A stretch of 64,000 nt of DNA from a virus, in IMG/VR virus record IMGVR_UViG_3300046517_001051, positions 2,404-66,403 of that record; one strand, written 5' to 3'. Below the pieces are notes generated by a model. It was not told the DNA's origin. It worked only from the letters and a program-made list of their open reading frames with translations, and made no database searches. Of this stretch, positions 46,097-56,298 are shown piece by piece; position 1 is the first letter of the stretch; every line of letters begins with the position of its first letter. Made by a program: the position numbers and the translations under genes.

Positions 46097-49000
46097 TCAG
46101 AGTGAGATGGTCAACGGATGGCTTCTCATGCCCCCGCCGCCAGTCTGATAGATCTTCAGGTAGAGCGTTGCGCCCAGAGTAAGGCCGTCGGTCGTGTGCT
46201 GGAGATCGGCGGTGTAGGTCAGGAAACGCTCAGGTGACACGCCAAATATACCGCGGACAGTCAATCTGCGTATGACAGTGGAGTATGCAGAGCTGGCATA
46301 GACGTCGACGTCGTACGACTCATAGGTCTCCTCTGTTCCAGGTTGCATCGTGAACGTGTCCACGGTGAACTGGCGACGACGCGGTGTCCAGTAGATCGTT
46401 GCGTTGTTGCTGCCATCCAGGACCTTTCGTGGACGGCACGGCGAGAAGGGCCGCACTGTGCCTCCCAACCACGTCAAGGCAACGGAGGACGTCGCAGCAA
46501 TCGTCGAGCCCACTGGGACGATCTTGTAGTACTTCGTCGCGCCGTTCTGGACGCCCTGCATCGGGACTGGGACGCCGTCCAAGAGCATCAGCGTCAAGTC
46601 GACGAACCTATCAGTGGCGGTGTGCGTCCCGACCATGTCTGCGGTGTCGCGGAGACCCCTGATGAGGTTCGTCAGTGTGTAGGAACCATCCGTCTGGAGA
46701 GTCGCCGTCACATAGGCGATCATCTCGTTGCCGAGCATCGCCCAGTTCGCGCCCTGGAGGACTTGCTGCACCGTCGTGCTCGTCAGGATCTGGCCACCAT
46801 AGAGCTTCACGTTGACGGAGTTCGTGACGTCGAAGGTCAGCGTTGAGCCTGCTGCCAGGATGTTCGTCGCCTTGCCCTGGATGCCCTGGAATTGCAAGAA
46901 GTCGCGCTCGACGAAGTTGAGGTTGTCGACAGACTCGTAGATCGTCGCGCCGGCCCATCCCGTCGCGGGCACAGCGCTGGCGCTGATGTAGATCAGGGGA
47001 TTGTAGGCATCCGCATAGATCGGCGAGCAATCCAGCACCTGAGCGTCGATCGCCGGGGGAACCACCACGATGGGAGGCGCCGTCCCCGATCCGGTGTTCA
47101 CCGGGATCGCCGAGACGCGCAGTGAGACGTCCTCGACGACGCCCTGGATGGACAGCTGGAAGTCTGCGCCGCGATCCACCTGCGTGACGCGGATCGACCA
47201 CGTCCGGCCGTCGGCCGAGAAGGCCAGAATGTCGTTCTCTAGGACGTGGCTGTAGCTCGGCGGCAGGTTGATCGCGACCTGCTGGCCGTTGATCCAGGCC
47301 CGCCGCACCGCCGTCGCCGCGAGGTTCGTGGCCTCAGCGCGGTTGAGCACGAGCGTAGTGAGGGACAGTGACTGCTCGTTCTCGAACCCGAGACCGCCGG
47401 GTCCGCGGAGCCCCCATCGCACGCTGCCCTTGCCGAATCGCAGCGCCGGGTCCTGGAACTGGACGGAGATCGCCGTCGGCAGCGTCGTGCGCTCGACATT
47501 CTGGACGTTGATCGGCCGCGACGTGCTCGCTCCCTCGGAGTGGGCGGCGAGGTCGTCGAGATGCGATGCGAGGTCGTCCGACTTGACAGTGTTCCCGTTC
47601 GACACGACCTGCTGGATCGAGACCTGGTCCGCATTCTCAATATCGAAGAACGCGAGCACGGACCCGCGCTCCTGCGTCACCGTCTGCCCGGCGATCATCA
47701 CCGGCTGCAGCAACTGATACACCGGCTGCGGCCCGTGAACGTAGTATCCATGCAGGGGTCGATCCGTCATCCCCGACACATCGATGGTGGTCGTCGGCCG
47801 CTTCGCCAGCTTCGTCCAGATCTCGGCGAGGAAGGCACTCACCGTCATGCCAAAGTCCGGCGTGAGGATCGCCTCCATCTGCGGCGGGACGTTGCCATAC
47901 GCCGTGCGGTTGAAGTCCTTCAGGAAGGCATTCGCCATCCCGTGGAACGAGGGGACTTGGCCCACGCCCTCGTGCGCCTCGACCTGCTGGAGCGGGCTCG
48001 TGGTCTCATCGAAACCCAGCACAAAGACGGGATCAGGCGCCCCGCCGGCGAATAGCACCGCGCTCTTGTTCGACGGCAACACGGGTGTGATCTTGCCGGG
48101 CGACGTCGTGGTGCCTGCTGCGTAGGGACCAGCGACCGTCGGCACACTGGCGACGCGATTGAGCACCAGCGTCTCGTCGGTCGCGCTGGCCGTCTCGATC
48201 ACAAACATGATGTACTGGCCGTTCAGCGCGGACGGCGTATATCCCGACACGTTGACGTAGACGCCGGACTTGAACGTCTTCACGAAGTCCTGGGCCGTCT
48301 GCGATGTACGCTGGATTCTCAACGCGATCTGGTTACCGCTGCCGTCGTCCACGGAGGTGACTGTGTAGTCACTCTCAACGATCGAGTCATCAACACGCTC
48401 GAACTGGCCCGGCGCCGCAGTGCTGCCGGCGGTGCCGTTGGCGGCGGTCTGCCCATCGCGCGGGGCGATTGTCATGGTCGCCGGCGCAGACGTCGTCGCG
48501 GCCGTGATCGACGTGATCTTCCAATACGAGTTGTTCCCCGCGGGGGTGCAATACGTCAGCTTGATGACGTCGTTCAGCTTGAAGTAGAGGGTGAAATCAG
48601 TCGCCAGCGACGTCGTCGCGGTGACGATGAGGTTCGCGCCGCTGGCCGTCAGCGTGTAGCGGTTGTCCGTGAACCAGAAGAAGTTCGTGCTGATGTACCA
48701 CACAAGATCGCCCGCGGCGAACAACGCCCGCAGACCGTTCGTCGAGCGCCCGTTCATGCCCAGCAGGATGTCCGAGTACACGACCTGCGACCGTGGCACG
48801 CCGGTCTTTGGGCTGCCACCGGACGTCTGGACTCGCGACCATGCACCCATGAGGTGTGTCGGGACTCGGACGTGCTGGCCGTACGCGAGGATCACTGGGT
48901 CGCCCGGATCCGCCGTCGTCGGTCCCAGGCCCAGCAGATTCTCCGGCAGCGACTTGCTCCTCGCCGGGAACAGCGCGGGGAAGATGAATTTGCTGTCGAT

Positions 49001-49135
49001 GATGCCGCCGATCGAGGCCGCGATGCCAACGGCGGCGAGCCCTCCGATCGCCCCGAGCGGGCCGCCGGCCAGCGAGCCAGCCGTACCACCGGACAGCAGC
49101 GAGGTAGCACCAACGCTGAAGCCAATAGTGGCCAT
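46097..49135 (-). CDS. GTA-like tail tip / host-specificity protein
   Basis: 'PVILAYGQHVRV', 'VPSFHGMA', 'LPTAISVQFQDP', 'LTNLIRGLRDT', 'WTPRRR'. Confidence 0.85.
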   Translation of the reverse strand: MATIGFSVGATSLLSGGTAGSLAGGPLGAIGGLAAVGIAASIGGIIDSKFIFPALFPARSKSLPENLLGLGPTTADPGDPVILAYGQHVRVPTHLMGAWSRVQTSGGSPKTGVPRSQVVYSDILLGMNGRSTNGLRALFAAGDLVWYISTNFFWFTDNRYTLTASGANLIVTATTSLATDFTLYFKLNDVIKLTYCTPAGNNSYWKITSITAATTSAPATMTIAPRDGQTAANGTAGSTAAPGQFERVDDSIVESDYTVTSVDDGSGNQIALRIQRTSQTAQDFVKTFKSGVYVNVSGYTPSALNGQYIMFVIETASATDETLVLNRVASVPTVAGPYAAGTTTSPGKITPVLPSNKSAVLFAGGAPDPVFVLGFDETTSPLQQVEAHEGVGQVPSFHGMANAFLKDFNRTAYGNVPPQMEAILTPDFGMTVSAFLAEIWTKLAKRPTTTIDVSGMTDRPLHGYYVHGPQPVYQLLQPVMIAGQTVTQERGSVLAFFDIENADQVSIQQVVSNGNTVKSDDLASHLDDLAAHSEGASTSRPINVQNVERTTLPTAISVQFQDPALRFGKGSVRWGLRGPGGLGFENEQSLSLTTLVLNRAEATNLAATAVRRAWINGQQVAINLPPSYSHVLENDILAFSADGRTWSIRVTQVDRGADFQLSIQGVVEDVSLRVSAIPVNTGSGTAPPIVVVPPAIDAQVLDCSPIYADAYNPLIYISASAVPATGWAGATIYESVDNLNFVERDFLQFQGIQGKATNILAAGSTLTFDVTNSVNVKLYGGQILTSTTVQQVLQGANWAMLGNEMIAYVTATLQTDGSYTLTNLIRGLRDTADMVGTHTATDRFVDLTLMLLDGVPVPMQGVQNGATKYYKIVPVGSTIAATSSVALTWLGGTVRPFSPCRPRKVLDGSNNATIYWTPRRRQFTVDTFTMQPGTEETYESYDVDVYASSAYSTVIRRLTVRGIFGVSPERFLTYTADLQHTTDGLTLGATLYLKIYQTGGGGMRSHPLTISL

Positions 49136-49551
49136 CAGTATTGGACCCCGCGGAACAGCCACGAGTCGTGACGGTGCTGCATCATGCGAGCGTCGATCGG
49201 ATCAGCCACGCACCCCCGATCAAAGGTGACATGGACCATCTTGAACGGGTCTCGCGCCACTAGAACTCCGACGTGCTGGAGGCCCTCGCCGATGCGACAG
49301 AATCCAAGGACACACCCAAGTGGGCAGTCGAGCGCATCACTGCGATCCAGCTGAGCGTCGAGCTGGTCGCGCAGCAGAAGAGGGTCGGGAGAGGGCGCAT
49401 AGTTCGTGAAGTCCTGGAGCGGCGACCCAACTCGCAGGCCGACGCACACCAGCAGGCCGACGCAGTCGATGAGGCCGCCCCTCCCTTGGTGCAAGAACTT
49501 CCGACCGACGAGCGCCAGAGCCGCATCGACGACGTCCTTTGCCGTGCTCAC
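49135..49551 (-). CDS. NlpC/P60 tail-associated peptidase
   Basis: 'FLHQGR..IDCVGL...QHVGV...MVH'. Confidence 0.9.
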   Translation of the reverse strand: MSTAKDVVDAALALVGRKFLHQGRGGLIDCVGLLVCVGLRVGSPLQDFTNYAPSPDPLLLRDQLDAQLDRSDALDCPLGCVLGFCRIGEGLQHVGVLVARDPFKMVHVTFDRGCVADPIDARMMQHRHDSWLFRGVQY

Positions 49552-50708
49552 GTCGGCACCTCCAGCATCGGGGCGGAGCCCGGAGTGAAGACGCCGAGGC
49601 CGCCGTGGTTGACGATGTTCCCGTACTTGCCGCCGCAGGTGTTGCGCGTGCCATCGCAGCCAGGCTTCACCGTGAATGCGTCGCCGACCTGGATGGCGTA
49701 CGGTGTTGGAATCAACAGCGTCACCTCGCGCGTGCTGTCGGTGTAGGCCGCGATCGGCGACGCCATGCCGGAGTTCAGGCCGCTAATCCAGTTGACAGTG
49801 CCGTCCTTGAAGTAGTCGTCGGCGATCACGGCCAGCGGCGTGCAGACGACCGTCGGCGTGCTGGGGTTCGTGATGTTGATGGTGACAGGCACCGCCGCCA
49901 CCGCGCCAACGAACGTCGCGGACAACTTTGCGGTCGTCGGTGACTGGACGACGGCGTAGTACGGCGTGTTCCCTGACAAATCGATCGGGTTGGCCCCGCC
50001 GCCACCGACGAACTTCAGCGCGGCACCAGTGACTAGGTTGTGGGCCAGCGGCCAGGTCACCAGGTCCGTCGTATCGCTGATCGTGACGTTCTGGATCGTG
50101 GTCGCGAATGGAGGCGTGGTCCACGTTCCCGTGTTGCCGCGGAACTTCGTCGTGGCGCCGCTGACCGACAGCACGGTGCTCGTCTGCGTCAGGCCGGTGA
50201 GGTCCTTCTTACAAGTCGCCACATCGCCCAACGTGTAGGGGCAGACTGGCGCATAGAACCCGCCGAAGCGACCACCGACCGGCTGCGTCAAGAACTTCGT
50301 GACGCCGACCAGCTCTAGGTTGTAGCCAGCGCTATCCCGCGACGTCTTCACGATCCACTTCTGCGCGAAGTAGTACTTGCGCCACGGCCAGCGCCAGTTG
50401 ACGACCCGCATCAGCACCTCGGAGTCGTCGAACTTGCGACCGTCGAGGTCACTGGTCGTCAGCGCCGTGGACGCGATCGACCCGAAGATCGACATGTTGG
50501 CGTCCTTCAACCCCGTCTCGCGTCGCTCGTTGCTGTGCTGCGGCGCATCCGGGACGAGGTATGTCTCGCCGTCGACGTCCAGGGGATAGTCGTGCGACGT
50601 GAAGCGAAACACGGTGCCGTCGGGGCGCGTGATCTTCACTATCTCGGCCCACTCGTGCGTTCGATACGCCTGAGTCGCCTGATCGCCGCTGGTGAGGCGA
50701 AGAGTCAG
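49548..50708 (-). CDS. DUF2163/BR0599 baseplate hub protein (probable CTG start at 50708)
   Basis: 'ITRPDGTVFRFTSHD', 'CPYTLGD..C', 'PGCDGTRNTC..KYGNIVNHGG'. Confidence 0.85.
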   Translation of the reverse strand: MTLRLTSGDQATQAYRTHEWAEIVKITRPDGTVFRFTSHDYPLDVDGETYLVPDAPQHSNERRETGLKDANMSIFGSIASTALTTSDLDGRKFDDSEVLMRVVNWRWPWRKYYFAQKWIVKTSRDSAGYNLELVGVTKFLTQPVGGRFGGFYAPVCPYTLGDVATCKKDLTGLTQTSTVLSVSGATTKFRGNTGTWTTPPFATTIQNVTISDTTDLVTWPLAHNLVTGAALKFVGGGGANPIDLSGNTPYYAVVQSPTTAKLSATFVGAVAAVPVTINITNPSTPTVVCTPLAVIADDYFKDGTVNWISGLNSGMASPIAAYTDSTREVTLLIPTPYAIQVGDAFTVKPGCDGTRNTCGGKYGNIVNHGGLGVFTPGSAPMLEVPT

Positions 50709-51799
50709 AAGGTCACCTCGGCACCGAACCGCGTGCCGGTCACCAGCCAGTTGATCGTCGCCGTCGTCTTCCGGAGCATGTAGGGACCCGCCGCGCCGCC
50801 CGTCCCGCCCGAGGCGGTGCTGTTGTTCCCGTTGGTCCCCGCGGCGCCGGCCGCTCCGCCGTCTCCGCCCCTCCCTCCGGCCCCGTTCGAGGCTCCCCCC
50901 GAACCTTGGACGTTGATCGTGCCCGAGCCTCCAGGCGAGGCGCCTAGCGTGCCTACGGCCCCGCCGGCTGAGGGGCCGTGACCCTGGCCGCCGCCTCCAC
51001 CGCCGCCGTCCGAGGATGGGCCGGCCGCAGCGCCGCCGCCACCCCCGCCGCCGCCTCCACCGCCGATGACGCCATAGTTGGCGATCGTCGTGTCTTGCCA
51101 GACTCGCATCGCCGGGCCGCCGGCAGTACCATTGGCTCCGGTCGCCGAGATTCCGGCGAGGCCGCCGCGACCGCCGGCACCACCCATGCCAGCGACGACG
51201 CCACTAGGACCGATGATGATGACCGTGGTGCTACCGGCGGGGAGTACACCCGTGTCGATCGCCGGCAAGGAGGACGTGCTGCTACCACGCGGGATGATGA
51301 TGCGCAGCGTCACCGCGACGGTCGACGTCCCATCCCAGTGGTAGTACCCGAGCAGGTCATCGTGCAGGTTGTATGCCGAGGCGTCCGTGATGCCGATGGT
51401 GAGGCTGAATGGGACCCGCGTCACCCCCAGCGCGCTCCCGCGCGCGAAGGAGCCATAGTTGCGGACGATCCACGTGCCGGCCGCCGTCGACTTGCTGGTT
51501 AGCCAGATCTTCACCGCGGCGCCGGCGGCAAGCGTGACAAGCGTCGTACTGCCTGCGTCCTTGATCAACGTCGACTGCGTGCCGTGGTTCGTGACGATGA
51601 ACTGGAACCCGGCGCGAGTCAACCTCGGGTCATAGCCCAGCGACCTCGCGTCCGGCAGTTGCAGGATCGAGCCACCAGCCGTCGGCGCGATGTCGACGAT
51701 GCGGTGCTCCCAGATCATCTTCGTCGTGCCCGTGATCGCGCCGCGGGCGATCGAACCGCCAAAGGCCGAGTCAGCAAGACTGGGGTAGAGGACGACCAT
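50705..51799 (-). CDS. Glycine-rich tail protein
   Basis: 'GMGGAGGRGG...NYGVIGGGGGGGGG'. Confidence 0.7.
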   Translation of the reverse strand: MVVLYPSLADSAFGGSIARGAITGTTKMIWEHRIVDIAPTAGGSILQLPDARSLGYDPRLTRAGFQFIVTNHGTQSTLIKDAGSTTLVTLAAGAAVKIWLTSKSTAAGTWIVRNYGSFARGSALGVTRVPFSLTIGITDASAYNLHDDLLGYYHWDGTSTVAVTLRIIIPRGSSTSSLPAIDTGVLPAGSTTVIIIGPSGVVAGMGGAGGRGGLAGISATGANGTAGGPAMRVWQDTTIANYGVIGGGGGGGGGGGAAAGPSSDGGGGGGGQGHGPSAGGAVGTLGASPGGSGTINVQGSGGASNGAGGRGGDGGAAGAAGTNGNNSTASGGTGGAAGPYMLRKTTATINWLVTGTRFGAEVTF

Positions 51800-52785
51800 C
51801 AGAATGAGAACCAGGTGCGAGTGCCGCCGCCCGAGTCGACGAGATAGATCTCCTTGACGGAGCCGGCAGCGATGACGACCAGGGACACCGCCGCGTCGTC
51901 CCGCACGGTGATCGTTCCCGTGCTGCCGCTGGTGTTCGAGATGACGAAGTAGGCACCACCGGTGCCCATGCCAATCGTCGGCGTCGGCAAGTACGCGTTG
52001 CGGTTGGCGCCGGACGCCAGACTCAGATTGAACACCTTCGCCAGCGACACAGTCAGAGACAGGTCCGCCGCTAGGGCGAGGTCGGTGTAGCTGCCGCCTG
52101 GATCCCAGGAGCAGTAGTACGGCGACTCATTCTTCACCTCAATGACGTCGAGGGCGATCAGTGACTCGACGCCAGTAGCGTCGACGCGCATCTGCGCGCC
52201 GGCCTCCATCGAGGTCGCGAACCGGCAGCACACGTCGTGCTGGAAGCCAGCGGTGAGAGTATCACCGAGGTTAGGTGCGACGCTGAACGTCACGGCTCCC
52301 GAAGTCGTGTTCACTGACCAGCCAGACATCATCTCGGCGCCGGCCGCGGCGACGCGCACGGTGCCGGCGACAGGAAGCTGGATCGAGCGGACGTCGGCGC
52401 CCGCGCCGACCCCGAGCGACGTCGCGTACGTCTTCGTCAGATAGAAGACCGTCTTGACGCCGTCGCCGGTGCCGATGACTTGATCCAGCGGCGTGATCGC
52501 CGACGGCGTCTGAAACGTCGCGGGGTCTGAGCAGTAGTCCGTCCACTCCTTGAAGCGCCAGCTGTTGAGCGCACCGCCAACCGCACGGTAGAACGCGAGG
52601 ATCAGCGCCGCATTCGCCGCGCTCGTCGAGTCGCGCGAGCCTTTCGCCACGATGCGGCCCGAGCGCCACCGCGTCGTCCGTTCCTCGTGGCCGCTGTCCG
52701 TGATCGACACGAGCGTGTTGAGTTGCGGGCCGGCGGCATAGCCGCGGCTGACGTCCGGCGGGAACTGGACATTGATGAATCCCAT
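51799..52785 (-). CDS. DUF2460 distal tail protein
   Basis: 'FPPDVSRG...SGHEER...FKEWTDY...IGTGDGVKTVFYLTKTY...TAGFQHDVCCRF'. Confidence 0.9.
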   Translation of the reverse strand: MGFINVQFPPDVSRGYAAGPQLNTLVSITDSGHEERTTRWRSGRIVAKGSRDSTSAANAALILAFYRAVGGALNSWRFKEWTDYCSDPATFQTPSAITPLDQVIGTGDGVKTVFYLTKTYATSLGVGAGADVRSIQLPVAGTVRVAAAGAEMMSGWSVNTTSGAVTFSVAPNLGDTLTAGFQHDVCCRFATSMEAGAQMRVDATGVESLIALDVIEVKNESPYYCSWDPGGSYTDLALAADLSLTVSLAKVFNLSLASGANRNAYLPTPTIGMGTGGAYFVISNTSGSTGTITVRDDAAVSLVVIAAGSVKEIYLVDSGGGTRTWFSF

Positions 52786-54107
52786 CAGCGACCCCTGCTG
52801 ATGAAGGACCTAGACAGTGTGTCACCCTGCTGGGCGAGAGTCAGCCGAGCGGACCCTGGAGCAACGGGCGGTCCCTGAGCCCCACCGGCCGGAGGCGCGC
52901 CAGGACCCTGGAAGTCGGCAGCATTCGGCGCGGAGCCCGCGAGGCCGCGGAGCGCGCCACCGACGATATTCTCGATGAACTGGCCCGCCGTCGCGCGGAA
53001 GGCAATCTTGGACAGCTCCAGGGCGACGTTGCGGATGGCATCGCGCAGCGTATTGGCTTGGAAGATGGCAGCCTCAAACCCACCGGCGATCGTGTTACCG
53101 GCGGCAGCACCAATCTTGTTGAGGGACTGGAGCCTCTCCTGGTAATCGATCAGCGCACCAAGATAGTCCCGCTCGCCCTTGCCGAGCTGCATCGCAGTGT
53201 CGCCCTGGATCTTCAGAATCTCCTGGCCCTTCTTGCGCTCGTCGTTGCTCTTCTGCAGAAGCTCTACGGTCTTCGCCAGTTCTAGGACCCCGGCGTGTTG
53301 TGCCTGGAAGTCGAACTGCGCGCGCCTTGAACCCAGCAAAGACTCCTGGTCAGTCGTAGTGACATTGACACCTCCTGCTGCCCGTCGCTGCAGGTCTGCC
53401 TCGCTTAGTCCGCCTTCCGTTCGCTCATTCGCGTATCTCAGGTCTCTCAGCTTCTGGTCATACTTAGCGCGAAGAGAGGACGCCACTCCAGGGTCCCCCA
53501 GGAGTTCGCCATAGTTCCTCGTGCCAAGACGAGAGGCGTAGTCCGCGAGAGTCGTGTCCGTCCCGGCGCCGCTGTCGATCGTGTCCTGAAGCTCATCGAT
53601 CCTGCGACCGGCTTGCACTGATCGGGTCCTGGCCTCCTTGAAGCTGCCACGAATGACCAGCCCAACATAGGACGCCTGGGCGTTGTGAAGCTCAGTTCCA
53701 ATCTTCGACGCCTGCTGCGCGGCCTTGTCCGACTCCGCACCGAACGCCGTCATGAGCGACGTCAGAGCGGTCAGGCCGACGATGGCCAGCGTCCAGGGAT
53801 TCGCCGCGAGGAACCCGAGGATGCTCTGGCCTCGCAGCTGGATATTCGCCATGTGGAGCAGCAGAACGTCGCTGCTCTGGAGCACGCTGGTGAGCGAGCC
53901 GGCCCCCTTCGCGAGGTCGTTGATGTCGCGGATCGTCCGGTCGAAGCTCATGCCACCGGAGACGACCTGGCTGAACCCGCGAAGCCCGGTCGCCGTCGCC
54001 CCGATCTTCTGCGAGGTCTGCTCCGCCGCCAGCGACATCTTCTGGAACTCGGCGATTGCCTGCCCCGCATCGACCGTCAGCGCGAGTCCTTCGACTTCAG
54101 TGGCCAC
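52785..54107 (-). CDS. Tape measure protein (short, 440 aa)
   Basis: Helical and Ala-rich, 'ANPWTLAIVGL'; lies between the chaperones and DUF2460. Confidence 0.8.
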   Translation of the reverse strand: MATEVEGLALTVDAGQAIAEFQKMSLAAEQTSQKIGATATGLRGFSQVVSGGMSFDRTIRDINDLAKGAGSLTSVLQSSDVLLLHMANIQLRGQSILGFLAANPWTLAIVGLTALTSLMTAFGAESDKAAQQASKIGTELHNAQASYVGLVIRGSFKEARTRSVQAGRRIDELQDTIDSGAGTDTTLADYASRLGTRNYGELLGDPGVASSLRAKYDQKLRDLRYANERTEGGLSEADLQRRAAGGVNVTTTDQESLLGSRRAQFDFQAQHAGVLELAKTVELLQKSNDERKKGQEILKIQGDTAMQLGKGERDYLGALIDYQERLQSLNKIGAAAGNTIAGGFEAAIFQANTLRDAIRNVALELSKIAFRATAGQFIENIVGGALRGLAGSAPNAADFQGPGAPPAGGAQGPPVAPGSARLTLAQQGDTLSRSFISRGR

Positions 54108-54432
54108 TAGACGTCTTCTCCTCGGCGTGCTGCCTCAGGACACCCTCTAGGGAGGAGACCAGCGGCACGACGTCGCGGGCGTCCATGCCGTTGAGCTTGC
54201 AAAGGTTCACGACGTCGGTCACGGAGACCGGCGATGCACCGAACCCCGTCGCCGTCTTGTAGCCGCTCAGCGTGCGCCAGATCTCCCATGCGAAAGTCTC
54301 TAGCTGTCCTCTCAGCGTTGGTCTCTTCTCGAACAAGTCTCCGACGTCTCCGCCCTGCGCGGCGAGTCGCTCCAGGTGAGCGGCGTCCTGACCCCACTGG
54401 AGATTCCAGGTCAGGAGCGCCGTCAGTTTCCC
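54097..54432 (-). CDS. Tail assembly chaperone, -1 frameshift extension
   Basis: The -1 frame after G GGA AAC is open (KLTALLTWNLQWG...AWEIWRTLSG) to 54097. Confidence 0.8.
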   Translation of the reverse strand, partial: GKLTALLTWNLQWGQDAAHLERLAAQGGDVGDLFEKRPTLRGQLETFAWEIWRTLSGYKTATGFGASPVSVTDVVNLCKLNGMDARDVVPLVSSLEGVLRQHAEEKTSSGH

Positions 54433-54869
54433 TGGGCTGCCTCGATCACCTTCAGTCTGAACGCCTCCTCGGTCCGCGCCACGTCAGTCACCAGCTCGTT
54501 GACGCGGACGAAGTTGGGATCGATCATCATGGCCTCGGCGTTGGCCTTCGAGTATGGAAATGGCTGGCCTCCCTTCGTCCAGTTGACCCAGCCCATGATC
54601 AGGCCGGCGTGTGATCTCTTCGTCTCGCGCTCCTCGATGTCCTTCGGCAAGTTGCCCTTGCGGGCCAGCGCGTACAGCGGATCAATGCACTCCATCTGCG
54701 ACTGGCGGTGAGCCGGAGAGTTCCACCGGGCGATGCGGATGCACCCGACGCCGTCGGGAGGCTCCACGTACGTCACCACGGCACGCTTGCTCATGTAAGC
54801 ATCGACGTCGACCCAGACACCCTCGTTGGCGCGGGCAGAGTCGAGCTGGATAGTGGACAGGTCAAGCAT
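54423..54869 (-). CDS. Tail assembly chaperone
   Basis: 'EGVWVD...IARWNSP...GWVNW...PYSKANA'; ends at slippery GGGAAAC (54426-54432). Confidence 0.85.
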   Translation of the reverse strand: MLDLSTIQLDSARANEGVWVDVDAYMSKRAVVTYVEPPDGVGCIRIARWNSPAHRQSQMECIDPLYALARKGNLPKDIEERETKRSHAGLIMGWVNWTKGGQPFPYSKANAEAMMIDPNFVRVNELVTDVARTEEAFRLKVIEAAQGN

Positions 54870-56290
54870 TAGCCGTCGAACCTCTGGAAGCGAGCGGTGA
54901 TACCCTCGGCGGCGCTCAGCTTCGCCTGCCAAGGAAGGGAGACCATCTGCGGTTGGTTCAAGCCCTGCGTCCCGATGTCAGAGTCCATGAACTTGCAAGC
55001 GGGCATCGAGAACGACCAGCCCTTGCCGGCCGTCGTAGGGTCAGCCGCGACAATCAGCATCTTGAACTCGGTCGCGGTGACCAGCTTGTGGAAGTAGGTC
55101 ATGTTGGTCGCACTGAGGTATGCGGCCATCGTCCCGGTCAGCTGGAAGCTGCCGAGATTCATGCCAGTCGCGACTTGGTTGGCGACGACCGTCTCCAACG
55201 TGATGCCGTTGTTGATCGTCAGGCCGACGGACTTGACTTGCAGGTTCGCCCCATCGAGCCGGATCGCCGGCACGTTGACCTTGTTCGACATCACGTTGGT
55301 CGCCGGCGCCGCGGTGGCGACCGGCGTGACGTAGGTTGAGCTGCCGTCGGCGATGCCGGCACCGATCATGGCAAAGGAGCCCTTCATGATCTGCTCGTCG
55401 GTGACGTCGAGCGTAAACCCATTGACGCCGCAGCCGAGGAACTCGACGAAGTATGGAGCATCGAGGAAGCCCAACTCAACGGCGCCGGTCGTCAATGTCG
55501 TGCCGTTGACCATGCGCGCGCCGCGGATGGTGGGGATGGTACTGGGCCCCGGAGCGCCCGACCAACCAGCACCAGCGTTGACCCCCTCGAACGTGACTTG
55601 CGTGTTCGAGTCGACGGTCGCAACGCGGTAGTAACCTGGATCCGAGCAGCCGGCGCCGACGTACATGATGTCGCCAGGCTGCACGTTCGCGGTGAACCCG
55701 AACGTCGCCGAGGTGAAGATCGACGAGGCGGCGGACCCCTGCCCGCCATCCGTGGTCTTGACCTGCGGGACGGCAACAGTGCGCATCGCGGCCTGAAGCA
55801 TCTCGAAGATGCCGGAGTACTGGTCGCCGTAGTGCATCTCGAATGGCAAGTTGCCATTCGCGTCCGTCGCGACGCGGACGATGTCCTGGATGTTGCCGTC
55901 AGACCGAAGGATCTGCGACTGCACCGTGCGGAAGTTCGGCTTGAAGTTCTGCGACGTCATCAGCAACGTGCGCCAGCCAGACAGTGTGAACACGTCCGTT
56001 CCCGTCGTCCCCGGGGCCGCCGCCATCGTCTGGAGCGTCGTGATCAGCGTCGCCGTCTGGGTGACGACCGTGTACGACTGGTTCCTCAGCGCGATCGTCG
56101 GCGTGCTGCCACCGAACGTGATCGTCGCAAGGTTGTAAGCACCAGCGATCGCCAGAGTCGCGCCCGCGGTCGTTACGACGGTGGTCGTGGTGCCAAGGGC
56201 CGTCGTCTGGCCAGCAACCGAGTTCGCCGACAAGAACACACCGCCTCGCTCCTGCGCCCACGTGGCCCGCACTCTATTAGAAGAAGACAT
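54869..56290 (-). CDS. Major tail tube protein with inserted domains
   Basis: 'QSQILRSDGN', 'FLGCGVNGFTLDV', 'TGTMAAY', 'FSMPACKF'. Confidence 0.8.
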   Translation of the reverse strand: MSSSNRVRATWAQERGGVFLSANSVAGQTTALGTTTTVVTTAGATLAIAGAYNLATITFGGSTPTIALRNQSYTVVTQTATLITTLQTMAAAPGTTGTDVFTLSGWRTLLMTSQNFKPNFRTVQSQILRSDGNIQDIVRVATDANGNLPFEMHYGDQYSGIFEMLQAAMRTVAVPQVKTTDGGQGSAASSIFTSATFGFTANVQPGDIMYVGAGCSDPGYYRVATVDSNTQVTFEGVNAGAGWSGAPGPSTIPTIRGARMVNGTTLTTGAVELGFLDAPYFVEFLGCGVNGFTLDVTDEQIMKGSFAMIGAGIADGSSTYVTPVATAAPATNVMSNKVNVPAIRLDGANLQVKSVGLTINNGITLETVVANQVATGMNLGSFQLTGTMAAYLSATNMTYFHKLVTATEFKMLIVAADPTTAGKGWSFSMPACKFMDSDIGTQGLNQPQMVSLPWQAKLSAAEGITARFQRFDG

Positions 56291-56298
56291 GAGTTACC

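Noticed and set aside
38200-51799. Diversity-generating retroelement acting on tail fibres
   Set aside because: No reverse transcriptase and no TR/VR repeat pair were seen.
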